Positions 10,576-20,300 of a stretch of DNA of 64,000 nucleotides are shown here, in pieces (position 1 is the stretch's first letter; each line of letters begins with the position of its first letter). The position numbers were made by a program, and so were the translations under genes. This stretch comes from Candidatus Latescibacterota bacterium (GTDB lineage Bacteria; Latescibacterota; UBA2968; UBA8231): contig OZ241362.1 in NCBI GenBank assembly GCA_965200315.1, positions 3,360,001-3,424,000 on the forward strand, read 5' to 3'. The notes beneath the pieces are model-generated. The model saw only the letters and a program-made list of their open reading frames with translations. It ran no database searches and had not been told where the DNA came from.

Positions 10576-10655
10576 GATGCTTCGACTCCGCTTTGCTCCT
10601 CTCAGCATGACAGGTGCTGACGCCCATATTGTCATGCTGAGCGAAGCGAAGCATC
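10576..10655. repeat. REP-like imperfect inverted repeat
   Basis: GATGCTTCG...CTCAGCATGACA and TGTCATGCTGAGCGAAGCGAAGCATC form an inverted pair in an intergenic region. Confidence 0.7.
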
Positions 10656-10720
10656 CCATACCACTCTACTGTCGTATACTTAGGTGCCCTCTAAATATAG
10701 TACACCCACGAGGGACATTC

Positions 10721-12103
10721 CTACCTCAACTGTTCCGCCAATTCCTCGGCCGGATAAGTAATAATCTCCGCCAAGGTCGGATGATAATGGGGAATCCTCG
10801 CCAAATCCTGCACTGTGCCGCGAAAGTACATCACCGCGATCAACTCGTGAATTAACTCGCCGGCCTCCGGGCCGACGATGTGGCCGCCGAGCACTTCGCC
10901 CGAGCGCGGATCGCAGAGAATTTTTACGTGGCCGCAGGTCTCGCCCATGGTCAGCGACTTGCCGTGGTCGTCAAAAGGGTAGCTGGCGACCAAATAGGGC
11001 CGGTCCGCAGTGCGGCAGTCCCGCTCGCTGAGGCCGACGCTGGCCACCTGCGGGTCGGTAAATACGACTAGCGCATTGAGGCGGTCGTCGAAGCGGTGCT
11101 CGGGGCGGTCGGGATGCGTGGCATTGTACGCGGCGATTTCGCCTTGCTCAATGGCGATGTGGACGACCTCGTGCTCGCCGTTGACGTCGCCGACCGCGTA
11201 GATGTGGGGTTGGCTGGTGCGCATGGCCGCATCGACGACAATGCGCCCGCCGGCGACCTCGACGCCAGCTTGATCCAAGCCCAATCCGTCGATAAGCGGG
11301 CGGCGACCGAGAGCTTGCAGGACGAGGTCCGCCGAGGCTGTTTTTTCTGCGCCGCCATGGGAAAAATGCGCCGTCTTGCGCCCGTTTTCCTCGGTGAATT
11401 GGCGTAGCTGAGTGCCGGTGTACACCTCCATGCCCTCCTCGCGGAAGTGCGCCTCAACCGGCCGCGCCAAATCCTCGTCTCCAGCGGAGAGAATATGATC
11501 GCTGCGCTGGACGAGCGTTACCTGTGTGCCAATGCGCTGAAAGAATTGGGCCAGCTCGACGGCGATGGGGCCGCCGCCGAGGACGAGGAGGCTCGCTGGC
11601 TGTTGGCACAGGTCGAGGGCCTCGTCGCTGATGAGGTAGCCAACTTGGTCCAGACCCGGGAGCGGGACGCGGTGGGGCGTAGAGCCGGTGGCAATGATAA
11701 ACTGCCCGGCCTCAATGACGTCGGAACCGGCTTGGAGCGTCTGCGGCGAGAGAAAACGTGCGCGCGCTTCGTAGAGCGCGAAGCGGCCATCGCTCAGTTG
11801 CTCGCGGCGATAGGCGGCAAAGTCGGCGACCAGCCGCGCTTTGCGCTCGACAATGGCGGCTAAGTCAGCGCGGACTTCCACCGGTGTTAGGCCGAACTCG
11901 GCGGCGCGTCCCAGATGCGAAGCTATTTCGGCTGAGCGCAGGATCGCCTTGCTGGGCATACAGCCACGCAGAATGCACAGCCCTCCCCAAGGCCCTTGAT
12001 CGATAACCGCGACATTCGCGCCGGCCGTGTGGGCCTTGCGCGCCGCGGCGTACCCGGCCGAGCCGCCGCCGATGACCGCGATGTCGCATTGCACAGTTGC
12101 CAT
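10721..12103 (-). CDS. Class I pyridine nucleotide-disulfide oxidoreductase (dihydrolipoamide dehydrogenase/MerA-like family)
   Basis: GGGSAG, redox CILRGC, GGGPIAVE, YAVGD, HYHPTLAE. Confidence 0.9.
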   Translation of the reverse strand: MATVQCDIAVIGGGSAGYAAARKAHTAGANVAVIDQGPWGGLCILRGCMPSKAILRSAEIASHLGRAAEFGLTPVEVRADLAAIVERKARLVADFAAYRREQLSDGRFALYEARARFLSPQTLQAGSDVIEAGQFIIATGSTPHRVPLPGLDQVGYLISDEALDLCQQPASLLVLGGGPIAVELAQFFQRIGTQVTLVQRSDHILSAGDEDLARPVEAHFREEGMEVYTGTQLRQFTEENGRKTAHFSHGGAEKTASADLVLQALGRRPLIDGLGLDQAGVEVAGGRIVVDAAMRTSQPHIYAVGDVNGEHEVVHIAIEQGEIAAYNATHPDRPEHRFDDRLNALVVFTDPQVASVGLSERDCRTADRPYLVASYPFDDHGKSLTMGETCGHVKILCDPRSGEVLGGHIVGPEAGELIHELIAVMYFRGTVQDLARIPHYHPTLAEIITYPAEELAEQLR

Positions 12104-12171
12104 AATTCGTTTTTGTCCTACTCTTGAGCGGCTTGGTTTTTATTTTTCTGTTGAGCGATGAGGTATGTTCG

Positions 12172-13371
12172 TTGAACGCACTGCACCCCATAGGCGCGGT
12201 TTTGCTTTGCTGCGCGCTGGCCCTGCCCGCTTGGAGCGAGGGTGCCTATACGATGCGCGGCTTTGATGCGCGCATCCAGCGGGGTATAGACCTGATCTAC
12301 AATCTGCGCTTTGAAGAAGCCGAGCGCCACTTTCAGGCCATTGTCGCGGCCGAGCCAGACAACCCGCTCGGCTACTTCTTTCGCGCCATGGTGTCTTGGT
12401 GGCGGATCCTCATCGATTTGGCCGACAAAACCCACGACGCGGAGTTCCACACCCGGCTCAAGCACTGCATTGAGGTCTGCGACCGGCGGCTAAAAAAAGA
12501 CCCGATGGACTTCGACGCGATACTCTTCAAGGGCGGTGCCCTTGGTTTCCGCGGCCGCCTACACGGCGACAGAGAGCAGTACCTAAGGGCAGCGCGCGAC
12601 GGATTGCGCGGCCTGCCCCTCCTGAAGAAGAGCCGTCAGCTCGAGCCGACCAACAAGGACATCCTCTTTGGCCAAGGCCTGTATCACTACTTCGCCGAGG
12701 TCATGCCCCAACGCCACCGAATTCTCCGTCCGATCATGGCCTTTTTGCCCGACGGCGATCGCTTGCTGGGCCTCCAGCAGCTCAAGGAAGTCGCCCGCGA
12801 GGGAGCCTACGCCCGCACCGAGGCCGCCTATTTCCTCGGCCAGATTTACCGAATTTTTGAAAAGGACAACCGCAAAGCTCTGCCCTATTTTGAGGAACTC
12901 TACAAGCGCTACCCCGGCAATGCCGTCTTCCACCGCTACGCGGCGCGGCTTATGATCGAACTCGGCCGCTGGCGCTCAGGTGTGGCTTTGTACGAAGAAT
13001 ACGTGCGGCGCAGCTTGGCCGGCCAGACCGGCTATCACCGCCACGGCCGCTTGGAGGCTCATTACTACGCAGGCAAATACGCTTTTTTCGAGCGGCGTTT
13101 GCCCGAAGCCGCCGACCACTTGGCGGCAACCGATAGCCTCGCCGCCAATTCCGAACGCAAACGGGACCTAGCGTTTGCCGTGCTGGCCAACCTGCTGCTC
13201 GGCCAAGTACACGACCTAGCCGGCCGCCGCGAGGACGCGGTGCGCCGCTATCAGCGGGCGCGGCACTTGCCCGACCACGCGGACAGCCACCAACAAGTCC
13301 AGCACTATCTGCACACGCCCTACCGAGAGGGTGCAAGTAAGGAAGTCAATCCTGTCCCTCCAACCGAATGA
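12172..13371 (+). CDS. Exported tetratricopeptide-repeat protein
   Basis: Signal-peptide-like N-terminus, TPR-like helices (IYNLRFEEA, EAAYFLGQIY, LLLGQVHDLAGRREDA); start codon uncertain. Confidence 0.7.
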   Translation: MNALHPIGAVLLCCALALPAWSEGAYTMRGFDARIQRGIDLIYNLRFEEAERHFQAIVAAEPDNPLGYFFRAMVSWWRILIDLADKTHDAEFHTRLKHCIEVCDRRLKKDPMDFDAILFKGGALGFRGRLHGDREQYLRAARDGLRGLPLLKKSRQLEPTNKDILFGQGLYHYFAEVMPQRHRILRPIMAFLPDGDRLLGLQQLKEVAREGAYARTEAAYFLGQIYRIFEKDNRKALPYFEELYKRYPGNAVFHRYAARLMIELGRWRSGVALYEEYVRRSLAGQTGYHRHGRLEAHYYAGKYAFFERRLPEAADHLAATDSLAANSERKRDLAFAVLANLLLGQVHDLAGRREDAVRRYQRARHLPDHADSHQQVQHYLHTPYREGASKEVNPVPPTE

Positions 13372-15178
13372 CTTCCTCGTGGTACACTCTCATCAGATCT
13401 GAGTGCATCAAGTAGCCCCAAAACTCGCTTTTCCCCTCGTCTGTGGTGTGCATCACGGGCAGCTTGTCGTAGCCAGAATCCAGCAGCTTTTGCAGGGCTT
13501 CGTGTAGATTGTCCTCCGCGTCTATGGGCCGGACATCATCGACGACCATGTCTTCAATGAGGACCAAATTACGCATCATCTCGTCTTCGGGCAGGTCGAG
13601 GTCTTCGAGACTGATCATGCCGCGCAAGCCGTTGTTGTCATCGGTGACGACAAAGTGCAGATGGCCCAGCTTTTTGCTCAAGCTACTCAGGGAAAAGTAG
13701 GAAAGTCGATTGCTGACGATGGCCTCGGAGGTGTTTTTGAGGCGGGGAAATACTTCGCGGACTTGGAGATTGTGCAGCACATCAACGGTTAGATCTTTGA
13801 TATGGGCTGGAGAGTAGAACTTGTTTTGGACTTGGTTTTGGTAGATGGAAAAGTTGCGCGCGAAGATCAGCGCGAGGGCGCTGACGACCATCAGCGGCGG
13901 CAGCAGGTGGTAGGAGCCGCTCATTTCGATGACGAGAATCAGGGCCGCTAGCGGCGTATTGGCCACTGCGCCGAAAAACGAAGCCATGCCCACCACAATA
14001 TAAGCGGCTGGTTGGTGGACGATGTCGGGAAAGTACTGTTGGGCCAGCAGGCCCACGGCACCGCCGAGCATCCCGCCGATAAAGAGCGAGGGGCCGAAGA
14101 CGCCGCCCGAGCCGCCGCTGGAGATCGTGCAGCTAGAGGCGAGGATTTTGAGTAGGGCGAGGGCTAGAAAAGCGCGGATTGCAAGCTCGCCGTCGAGCCC
14201 TCGTTGGATGACGCCGAACCCATCGCCCAGCACTCGGGGGTCTATAAAGGCTACCAACCCCACCAGCAAGCCCCCGCAGCAGACGATCCAATAGCGGGGC
14301 AGCGCCAAGCGATCGAATAGGGTGCGCGCAAGGCGCAGAGTCTTGACGTAAAAAATGCCTACCAAGGCGCAGAAAAACCCCAGCACCAAGTAGAAAACCA
14401 ACTCGCGCACATCGGTGAACAGCAAGTCGGGTAAGGCGAAAATGTGCGAGAAGCCAAAGACGGCTATGTAGAGAGCGTAGGCCACAAAGGAGCTGATGAC
14501 GCAGGGGATGAGCGCGTCGCTTTCAAAGTCTTCGCGGTAGAGCACTTCCACGCTGGCAATCGCTGCACCTAGCGGCGCACGGAAAATTGCGCCCAGCCCT
14601 CCGGCCGTGCCCGCCAGCAACAAAATCCGCCGCTGGGCCACCGAGAGCTTGAATTTGTCGCCGACCCAAGAGCCTAAGCCCGCGCCGATATGCACCAAAG
14701 GACCTTGTTGACCAGCGGCACCACCGGAGGCGAGCGTGATAATGGTCGCCAGCGCCTTGACCGGAGCGACGATGGGGCGGATGTGGCCGCGTTGGTTGTG
14801 GAAAGCGTCGATCATGGCATCGGTGCCCGCGCCTTGAGCTTCGGGCGCGAAGCGGTGAGTCAGGTAGCCGCTGAGCAGGCCACCCAGCGCCGGCAGCAGC
14901 AGCAACAGCCACAAAAACTCTCCGTAGGTGGGTGCGTCGAAGAAGGAGAAGTCGAATAGCGCCCTGTTGTAGGGATGGATCTGGCGGTATCCAGCCAGTT
15001 TCTCGACTAGCAGGAACTTGGCCAGCTCGAAGCCGTAGGTGAATAACACGGCACCCAAGCCGGAAATCAGGCCAATGAGCGCGCTGTAGAGGTAGATGCG
15101 GGAGACGAACTCAAAGCCGAGCCAGTCGCGGAGCAAGCGGGCGGCTAGCCCCCGAGTCTTCGGGGCGGCTTCAGGCAT
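13346..15178 (-). CDS. CLC family chloride channel/transporter with CBS domains (atypical motifs)
   Basis: GAGTD, GQQGP, IFRAPLG, GGSGGVFGP, ANTPL, SIY, C-terminal CBS pair. Confidence 0.9.
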   Translation of the reverse strand: MPEAAPKTRGLAARLLRDWLGFEFVSRIYLYSALIGLISGLGAVLFTYGFELAKFLLVEKLAGYRQIHPYNRALFDFSFFDAPTYGEFLWLLLLLPALGGLLSGYLTHRFAPEAQGAGTDAMIDAFHNQRGHIRPIVAPVKALATIITLASGGAAGQQGPLVHIGAGLGSWVGDKFKLSVAQRRILLLAGTAGGLGAIFRAPLGAAIASVEVLYREDFESDALIPCVISSFVAYALYIAVFGFSHIFALPDLLFTDVRELVFYLVLGFFCALVGIFYVKTLRLARTLFDRLALPRYWIVCCGGLLVGLVAFIDPRVLGDGFGVIQRGLDGELAIRAFLALALLKILASSCTISSGGSGGVFGPSLFIGGMLGGAVGLLAQQYFPDIVHQPAAYIVVGMASFFGAVANTPLAALILVIEMSGSYHLLPPLMVVSALALIFARNFSIYQNQVQNKFYSPAHIKDLTVDVLHNLQVREVFPRLKNTSEAIVSNRLSYFSLSSLSKKLGHLHFVVTDDNNGLRGMISLEDLDLPEDEMMRNLVLIEDMVVDDVRPIDAEDNLHEALQKLLDSGYDKLPVMHTTDEGKSEFWGYLMHSDLMRVYHEEVIRLEGQD

Positions 15179-15761
15179 GAGCAGTGGGCTGGCAGGTAGG
15201 GCTGACGACCTGCCATTGGCGCAGGACCTCAAAGACGAGGACGGCGCTGGCCGCGGCGACATTGAGGCTGTTTTTGTAGCCGTACATGGGAATCTCGACC
15301 AGTTCGTCGCAGCGTTCGAGTGCGTCGCAACTCACGCCGAGGGCTTCATTGCCCACGATGAGGGCCAAGGGACGCGGATACTCCAGCTTGGTATAGCAGC
15401 GGCTCTGCGAGGTCGTCTCCAGCGCCCACACCGGCACTTCGTGCGCACGCAAGTGCTCAATGGCCTGTAGCGTGGTGGCAAAGTGGTGGGTCTCGATGTA
15501 CGAGAGGGTGCCTAACGCCGTCTTGTCGAGCTTGGGATGGGGCGGATGGGCCGTGTAACCGCAGGTGTAGATGCCTCTGAGACGGCCTGCGTCGGCCGTG
15601 CGAAAAATCGAGCCGACGTTGAAGGCACTGCGCAAATTGTCGAGTACCAGATAGAGCGGATGCTTGGGCAGGCAGGCGTATTCATCAAGGGGCATCTCCG
15701 CGTCAAATGTGCGGACCTCAAAGCTAGTCTCCTTGCCGTAATTGCCCGGCCGCAATTTCAC
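15171..15761 (-). CDS. TrmH/SpoU family RNA methyltransferase
   Basis: LDNLRSAFNVGSIFRTAD, VGNEALG, IPMYGYKNSLNVA. Confidence 0.92.
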   Translation of the reverse strand: MKLRPGNYGKETSFEVRTFDAEMPLDEYACLPKHPLYLVLDNLRSAFNVGSIFRTADAGRLRGIYTCGYTAHPPHPKLDKTALGTLSYIETHHFATTLQAIEHLRAHEVPVWALETTSQSRCYTKLEYPRPLALIVGNEALGVSCDALERCDELVEIPMYGYKNSLNVAAASAVLVFEVLRQWQVVSPTCQPTAHA

Positions 15762-16795
15762 CCGATTTCCTCCGGGGCCACGGGCCGCTGCTCGGCGGCA
15801 GAAAGCCGGGCGGCTTCAATGGCGACCATGGTCTGCCGTACGCTCTGAGCGGTGACGGCCAGAGCCTCGCGGCGGGCTAGCGCATCGGCGATGTTTTCGT
15901 AGTAGGAGCACCAGCGGCCGGGTGCCGTCTCAATGATGGTTTCCTCCGCGGCTCTATAGAGACGGGCATAGTGCTCGGGCGCTTCTTCGGCCGCGTCGAT
16001 GTCGCCGGCGATCATGGCCTTTTCCTGCGGGTCAACGCCCTCTTTGACCAGCGCGCCTTCGGTGCCCAGCACATACCAGCGCGGTTTGGCTTTGCCCGCC
16101 AGTGACGAGGTCTCCACGCGCGCTTCGACGCCGTTGGCAAAGTGAAGCACGGCCAGCGCGTGGGACTCGACGTCAATGCTGAGTGGATCGCCAGAGTGAA
16201 AGGAGGCGTAAACCTTTGTCAGCGGCGAGTCGATAAGCTGGAGGGCCTGATCGACTAGATGTGCGCCTAAATCGAAGAATTTGCCGCCGCCGTGCCGTGC
16301 GATGCTGCGCCAACCGCGCGGGGGGCCGTATTGGCCCCAAAACATCTCCAGCAAAAAGGGCTCGCCGAGCAGCCCTTGGGCCAGCGCATCTTTGACGGCG
16401 AGGAAATCGCCGTCCCAGCGGCGGTTCTGAAAGACGCTGAGCAAGCGGTCGTGCGCTTGGCTGGCGGCGATCATCTGGTCGGCTTCGGCAATGCTCAAGC
16501 ACATAGGCTTGTCGGTGACGACGTGTTTGCCAGCCGCTAGTGCTTGGATTGCGTGCGGGGCGTGGAGGTCGTTGGGCGTGGCGAGGACGACTAGATCGAC
16601 GGCTGGGTCGGCCAGTACTTCGTCGAGGTGGCGGAAGGTCTTTATCCCCAAGTCGCGCTGAATCTGGTCGCGGGCTTCCGGCCGGCTGGTGGCGATGCCG
16701 TAGAGGTTCAGGCCGCTAGCCAGCCCCACTAGATAGGCGTGGAAGCAGCGGCCGGCAAAGCCGTATCCGATGACGACGACGTTAGGTTTTTCCAT
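15758..16795 (-). CDS. Gfo/Idh/MocA oxidoreductase (IolW/YdgJ-like)
   Basis: GYGFAG, GKHVVTDKP, VFQNRRWDGDF, DLGAHLVDQ. Confidence 0.9.
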   Translation of the reverse strand: MEKPNVVVIGYGFAGRCFHAYLVGLASGLNLYGIATSRPEARDQIQRDLGIKTFRHLDEVLADPAVDLVVLATPNDLHAPHAIQALAAGKHVVTDKPMCLSIAEADQMIAASQAHDRLLSVFQNRRWDGDFLAVKDALAQGLLGEPFLLEMFWGQYGPPRGWRSIARHGGGKFFDLGAHLVDQALQLIDSPLTKVYASFHSGDPLSIDVESHALAVLHFANGVEARVETSSLAGKAKPRWYVLGTEGALVKEGVDPQEKAMIAGDIDAAEEAPEHYARLYRAAEETIIETAPGRWCSYYENIADALARREALAVTAQSVRQTMVAIEAARLSAAEQRPVAPEEIG

Positions 16796-16890
16796 GATTT
16801 CACCTGTGTGGCGGGCGTTTTTGCGGTCGATGAATTGGCACTTATATTAAGAAAACTCAAAGGCTTGGGCAAATTTTCACGAGGAGTGCA

Positions 16891-17262
16891 ATGCGGATTC
16901 GGATTAGCTGGGATGACGGCGCGGTCGAGGCGGTTTTGGATGCTACGCCGACGGCACAAAAGGTCTGGGCAGCCCTGCCCTGCACCTCGATAGCGAGTAC
17001 TTGAGGCGAGGAGGTGTACTTTGAGGTCCCCGTGCAGGCCGAGCTAGAACCCGATGCTCGGCAAGTAGTAGAAAAAGGCGCGGTGTGCTTTTGAGTCGAG
17101 GGGCAATCGCCAGCCCTGCCCTACGGCCCGACCCCGCTCTCCGCAGGCGACGAGTGTCGGCTGGTAAGCAAGGTCAATGTCCTCGGGCAAATCGAAGGCG
17201 AGCCGCGGACGTTAGCCGCGGTGCGTACTGGCGCGCTGATTTGGGTCGAACGAATCGAATAA
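16891..17262 (+). pseudogene. Cyclophilin-like fold protein (DUF369/TM1367 type) with two in-frame TGA codons
   Basis: After GAGGAG RBS: MRIRISW...ALPCTSIAST*GEEVYFEVPV...GAVCF*VEGQSPALPYGPTPLS.GDECRLVSKVNVLG...; TGA at 17002 and 17092 fall on the family's conserved Trp positions; 124 codons. Confidence 0.8.
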
Positions 17263-17376
17263 GAGGGGATACTTTTTTTCGCTTAGGTGTTATATATGAC
17301 ACGCGGTCAATCGGGTCGACCCAACGTGGAGTCTTTATCCATGTCGCCGGTGCGAGGACAATGGACGGAATCACTT

Positions 17377-18819
17377 ATGCCGGGAAGCAGCCGAGCGGTC
17401 ATCGGTCTTAGCGTCGTCCTGCTGCTCTTGTTGAGCGGTTGTGGGGCCGCCTATTCGGGCTATGTGTCCCATTCGCTCCGACAGCTAGAAAAGGGCAATT
17501 ACGAAGCGGCACTCGGCAAGCTCGAAAAGCCCTCCGGCAAGACCAACAAGCTGCTCTACCACTTGGAAAAAGGATTGATTTTGCACTATCAGGGCCAGTA
17601 CGAGGCGTCCAACGTGGAGTTTGAACGGGCCGAGCGGCTAAGCGATCAGCTCTATACCCGCTCGGTCTCGCGCGAAATCGCGGCCCTGCTGTCCAATGAT
17701 TCGGTTGTTGCCTACCGAGGCGAGGAGTTTGAGCTAGCCCTGATCCACTACTACCGAGCCATGAACTACGCCCGGCTGGGCGACCGGCAGGCGGCGTTAG
17801 TTGAGTGCCGCAAAGCCAACCTGAAGCTCGAAAACTACGCCCAACAGGCCGAGTACGAGCTCAGCTATAAAAACGACGCCTTTTTGCAGTACATGACCGG
17901 TCTCTTTTTTGAGGCTGAGGGCGAGTGGAACGACGCGTACATCGCCTACAAAGATGCCTTAAAGGGCTATCGTGCGTACGAAGCGGCCTTCGGTCTGCAA
18001 GCGCCGCGGATGCTGATAATTGACCTAGCGAGGCTGGCCAAGCGGCTGGGATACGAAGACGAGGTCGCGGAATACACCGAGCACTACCGGATCGAGCCAG
18101 AGGAGATGCGGCCGGCCTCTGGTGGTGAGTTGGTGGTTTTTGTCGAGAGCGGCTTTGTGCCCCGCAAGCACCAGGTCGAGTTCAGCGTACCGATTCTGGA
18201 GGACGAAGGGAAGTGGGAGGTATGGACGGTGTCGGAGCGGGCTGTCCATCGCTATCATCATCCGCACGTCTATAGGCGCAGGCACGTGGATTACTGGCTT
18301 AAAGTGGCGCTGCCCGAATACCGGGAGGTGCCCTCGCAGGTGGCCGGGGCGCGATTGCGCACTGGCGACCAGAGTGCGCTGGCGGCCACAGCCGAGGACT
18401 TGGATGCGATTGCCCAGCAGACCTTTACACAGAAATTCGATACCATCCTGCTGCGCACCGTCGCCCGCAACTTGGCCAAGTACTTGGCATCCAAGAGCAT
18501 TGAAAAAGCCTTTGAGGAGGACGACGACGCTGATGATGATGATAGCTCGGCCAAGGGGTTGGCCAAGGAGGGTTTGGGCAAAGCGCTGGGGGGCTTGGTC
18601 AACCTCTTCGGCGTAGCGACCGAGGCCGCCGATACGCGCGGCTGGCTGGCGCTACCACACGCCATCCGCATCGCCCGGCTGGCAGTGGCCCCAGGCACCG
18701 CCGCTCCAACCCTAGAGTTGCTCGACGCCGAGGGACGGGTCTTATCCGTAGAGACGCTGCCTGAAGTGGCGGTGGCGGCCGGAGAAAAGGTTTTCCTAAA
18801 CTTTCGTACTTTTCGCTGA
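17377..18819 (+). CDS. COG3014-like TPR lipoprotein
   Basis: Lipobox LLSGC; LLYHLEKG, YRGEEFE..LIHYY.AMNY, EAADTRGW..LP pattern; upstream of lpoB. Confidence 0.75.
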   Translation: MPGSSRAVIGLSVVLLLLLSGCGAAYSGYVSHSLRQLEKGNYEAALGKLEKPSGKTNKLLYHLEKGLILHYQGQYEASNVEFERAERLSDQLYTRSVSREIAALLSNDSVVAYRGEEFELALIHYYRAMNYARLGDRQAALVECRKANLKLENYAQQAEYELSYKNDAFLQYMTGLFFEAEGEWNDAYIAYKDALKGYRAYEAAFGLQAPRMLIIDLARLAKRLGYEDEVAEYTEHYRIEPEEMRPASGGELVVFVESGFVPRKHQVEFSVPILEDEGKWEVWTVSERAVHRYHHPHVYRRRHVDYWLKVALPEYREVPSQVAGARLRTGDQSALAATAEDLDAIAQQTFTQKFDTILLRTVARNLAKYLASKSIEKAFEEDDDADDDDSSAKGLAKEGLGKALGGLVNLFGVATEAADTRGWLALPHAIRIARLAVAPGTAAPTLELLDAEGRVLSVETLPEVAVAAGEKVFLNFRTFR

Positions 18820-18832
18820 GGAGCAAACAGTT

Positions 18833-19672
18833 ATGTACGTCAAATTATGGATGGCCGCGCTGGCGTTGGTCCTGCCAGCCGCGGTGCAGCAGAGCACCTT
18901 GGCTGCTGACCGGGTCACGGACCCGTTGGCGGAAGGGGCGATTATCAATATCGTCGATTGGGACGGCGGCCAGCTCCCCAAACGCTACTATGAGCGCTCA
19001 GATCAACTACCAATGAGCCTCGACGATGTGCGCAAGCTGAGCGCGAACAAGTTCAGCACCGATGCGATCATCAAGATGCTCGAAGAGCGGCGCTGCGTCT
19101 GCGACGCCTCGGTAGATGCCTTGGTGGAGTTGAAAGAAGCCGGCGTCGCCGAGCAGGTAATCCAAGCGGTATCGCTCCACGCGCTGCCGCCCAACCGCTC
19201 ATTCGGGCTGACGATCGCCCTCGACTTCGAGGGCTTAGGCGGCGAGGCAACAGTATCGACGCAGGCGCGCAAGGGCTATCTCTATTTGATCGTGCCCGAC
19301 GGCGACAAGGAGCGGGTCTTTATCGGCAACTTGCAGGCGATCCTCGCCGGCCGTTGGCAGCGCGATGCACTGATCGACAACACCGATCTGCTGCTGCCCA
19401 AAAAGGTGCGGCGCGTGACCTTTGCCTCCGAGGTCCCGCTCAAGACCTACGGCCGCAAGAAGGCCCTAGTTTTTACCTCGACCAACCCGGATATCTACAC
19501 TTCAGCCGATATTCCCGAGGCCGACCGGGCAGGAGTGCAGGAGTTTGAGTTCGAGTATCCAGCCACGTCGCTGGAGCGCCAATGCAGCCTCCAGGTGCTC
19601 TACCGGCAGGACGCGATGCTGGCCAACCGCTGGCACTTAGTGCGCACCCATTTCCAATGCGAATGGGATTGA
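18833..19672 (+). CDS. Exported hypothetical protein
   Basis: Signal peptide, GAGGAG RBS, in operon; small helical motif 'LDDVRKL...DALVELKEAGV.EQVIQA'. Confidence 0.7.
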   Translation: MYVKLWMAALALVLPAAVQQSTLAADRVTDPLAEGAIINIVDWDGGQLPKRYYERSDQLPMSLDDVRKLSANKFSTDAIIKMLEERRCVCDASVDALVELKEAGVAEQVIQAVSLHALPPNRSFGLTIALDFEGLGGEATVSTQARKGYLYLIVPDGDKERVFIGNLQAILAGRWQRDALIDNTDLLLPKKVRRVTFASEVPLKTYGRKKALVFTSTNPDIYTSADIPEADRAGVQEFEFEYPATSLERQCSLQVLYRQDAMLANRWHLVRTHFQCEWD

Positions 19673-19686
19673 AAGGAGCTTATCCA

Positions 19687-20283
19687 ATGAGACTCTACGT
19701 TTTCGCGGCAGTCACCTTGGCCTTGGGGCTTGCGGCCTGTGGCGGCCCGCGGGCCTTTACCAAGGGCCAATACGGAGATCCAGAAGCGATCTCCATGCTC
19801 GACGACAAGTGGAACCAGAACGACATGCAGCTAGTCGCCAAGAAGATGATCAACTCAATGGAGGTCTGGACGGATGCCCGGGCGCTGGCTGAAAAGCCGG
19901 TCGTCATCCTAGAGATGCCGCGCAATAAGACCACCGAGCACATCGACATGCAGTCGCTGTACGACCATGTCAAGACCGCGCTCATCCAGAGTGGGCAGTT
20001 TACGTTCCTCGACAAGGCAGCGCGGCTAGAGATCGCCCAAGAGTACGAATACCAAGACTCGGGCTACGTGCGTCCAGACGAGGCTCAGGGGCCGGGCAAC
20101 CAGCGCGGTGCGCGCTTCTTGCTCGGCGGGGTCATCACTTCGACCGTGCAGCAGGTGGGCAACAACAAGGTCGTCTACTACAAGGCGACCTTTGAACTGA
20201 CCGACATCTCGACCACCGAGATCGTCTGGACCGACCACAAGGAAATCACCAAGCACTTCGAGAAAAAGAGCATCGGCTTCTAG
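19687..20283 (+). CDS. lpoB: Penicillin-binding protein activator LpoB-like lipoprotein
   Basis: Lipobox LAAC; WNQNDMQLVA, NKTTEHID, YY..TFELTDI.T.EIVW...KEI.K. Confidence 0.8.
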   Translation: MRLYVFAAVTLALGLAACGGPRAFTKGQYGDPEAISMLDDKWNQNDMQLVAKKMINSMEVWTDARALAEKPVVILEMPRNKTTEHIDMQSLYDHVKTALIQSGQFTFLDKAARLEIAQEYEYQDSGYVRPDEAQGPGNQRGARFLLGGVITSTVQQVGNNKVVYYKATFELTDISTTEIVWTDHKEITKHFEKKSIGF

Positions 20284-20300
20284 AGAAAGGAGCACGGAGC

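Noticed and set aside
10721-12103. Mercuric reductase merA
   Set aside because: No C-terminal Cys-Cys pair, no NmerA domain and no mer genes nearby
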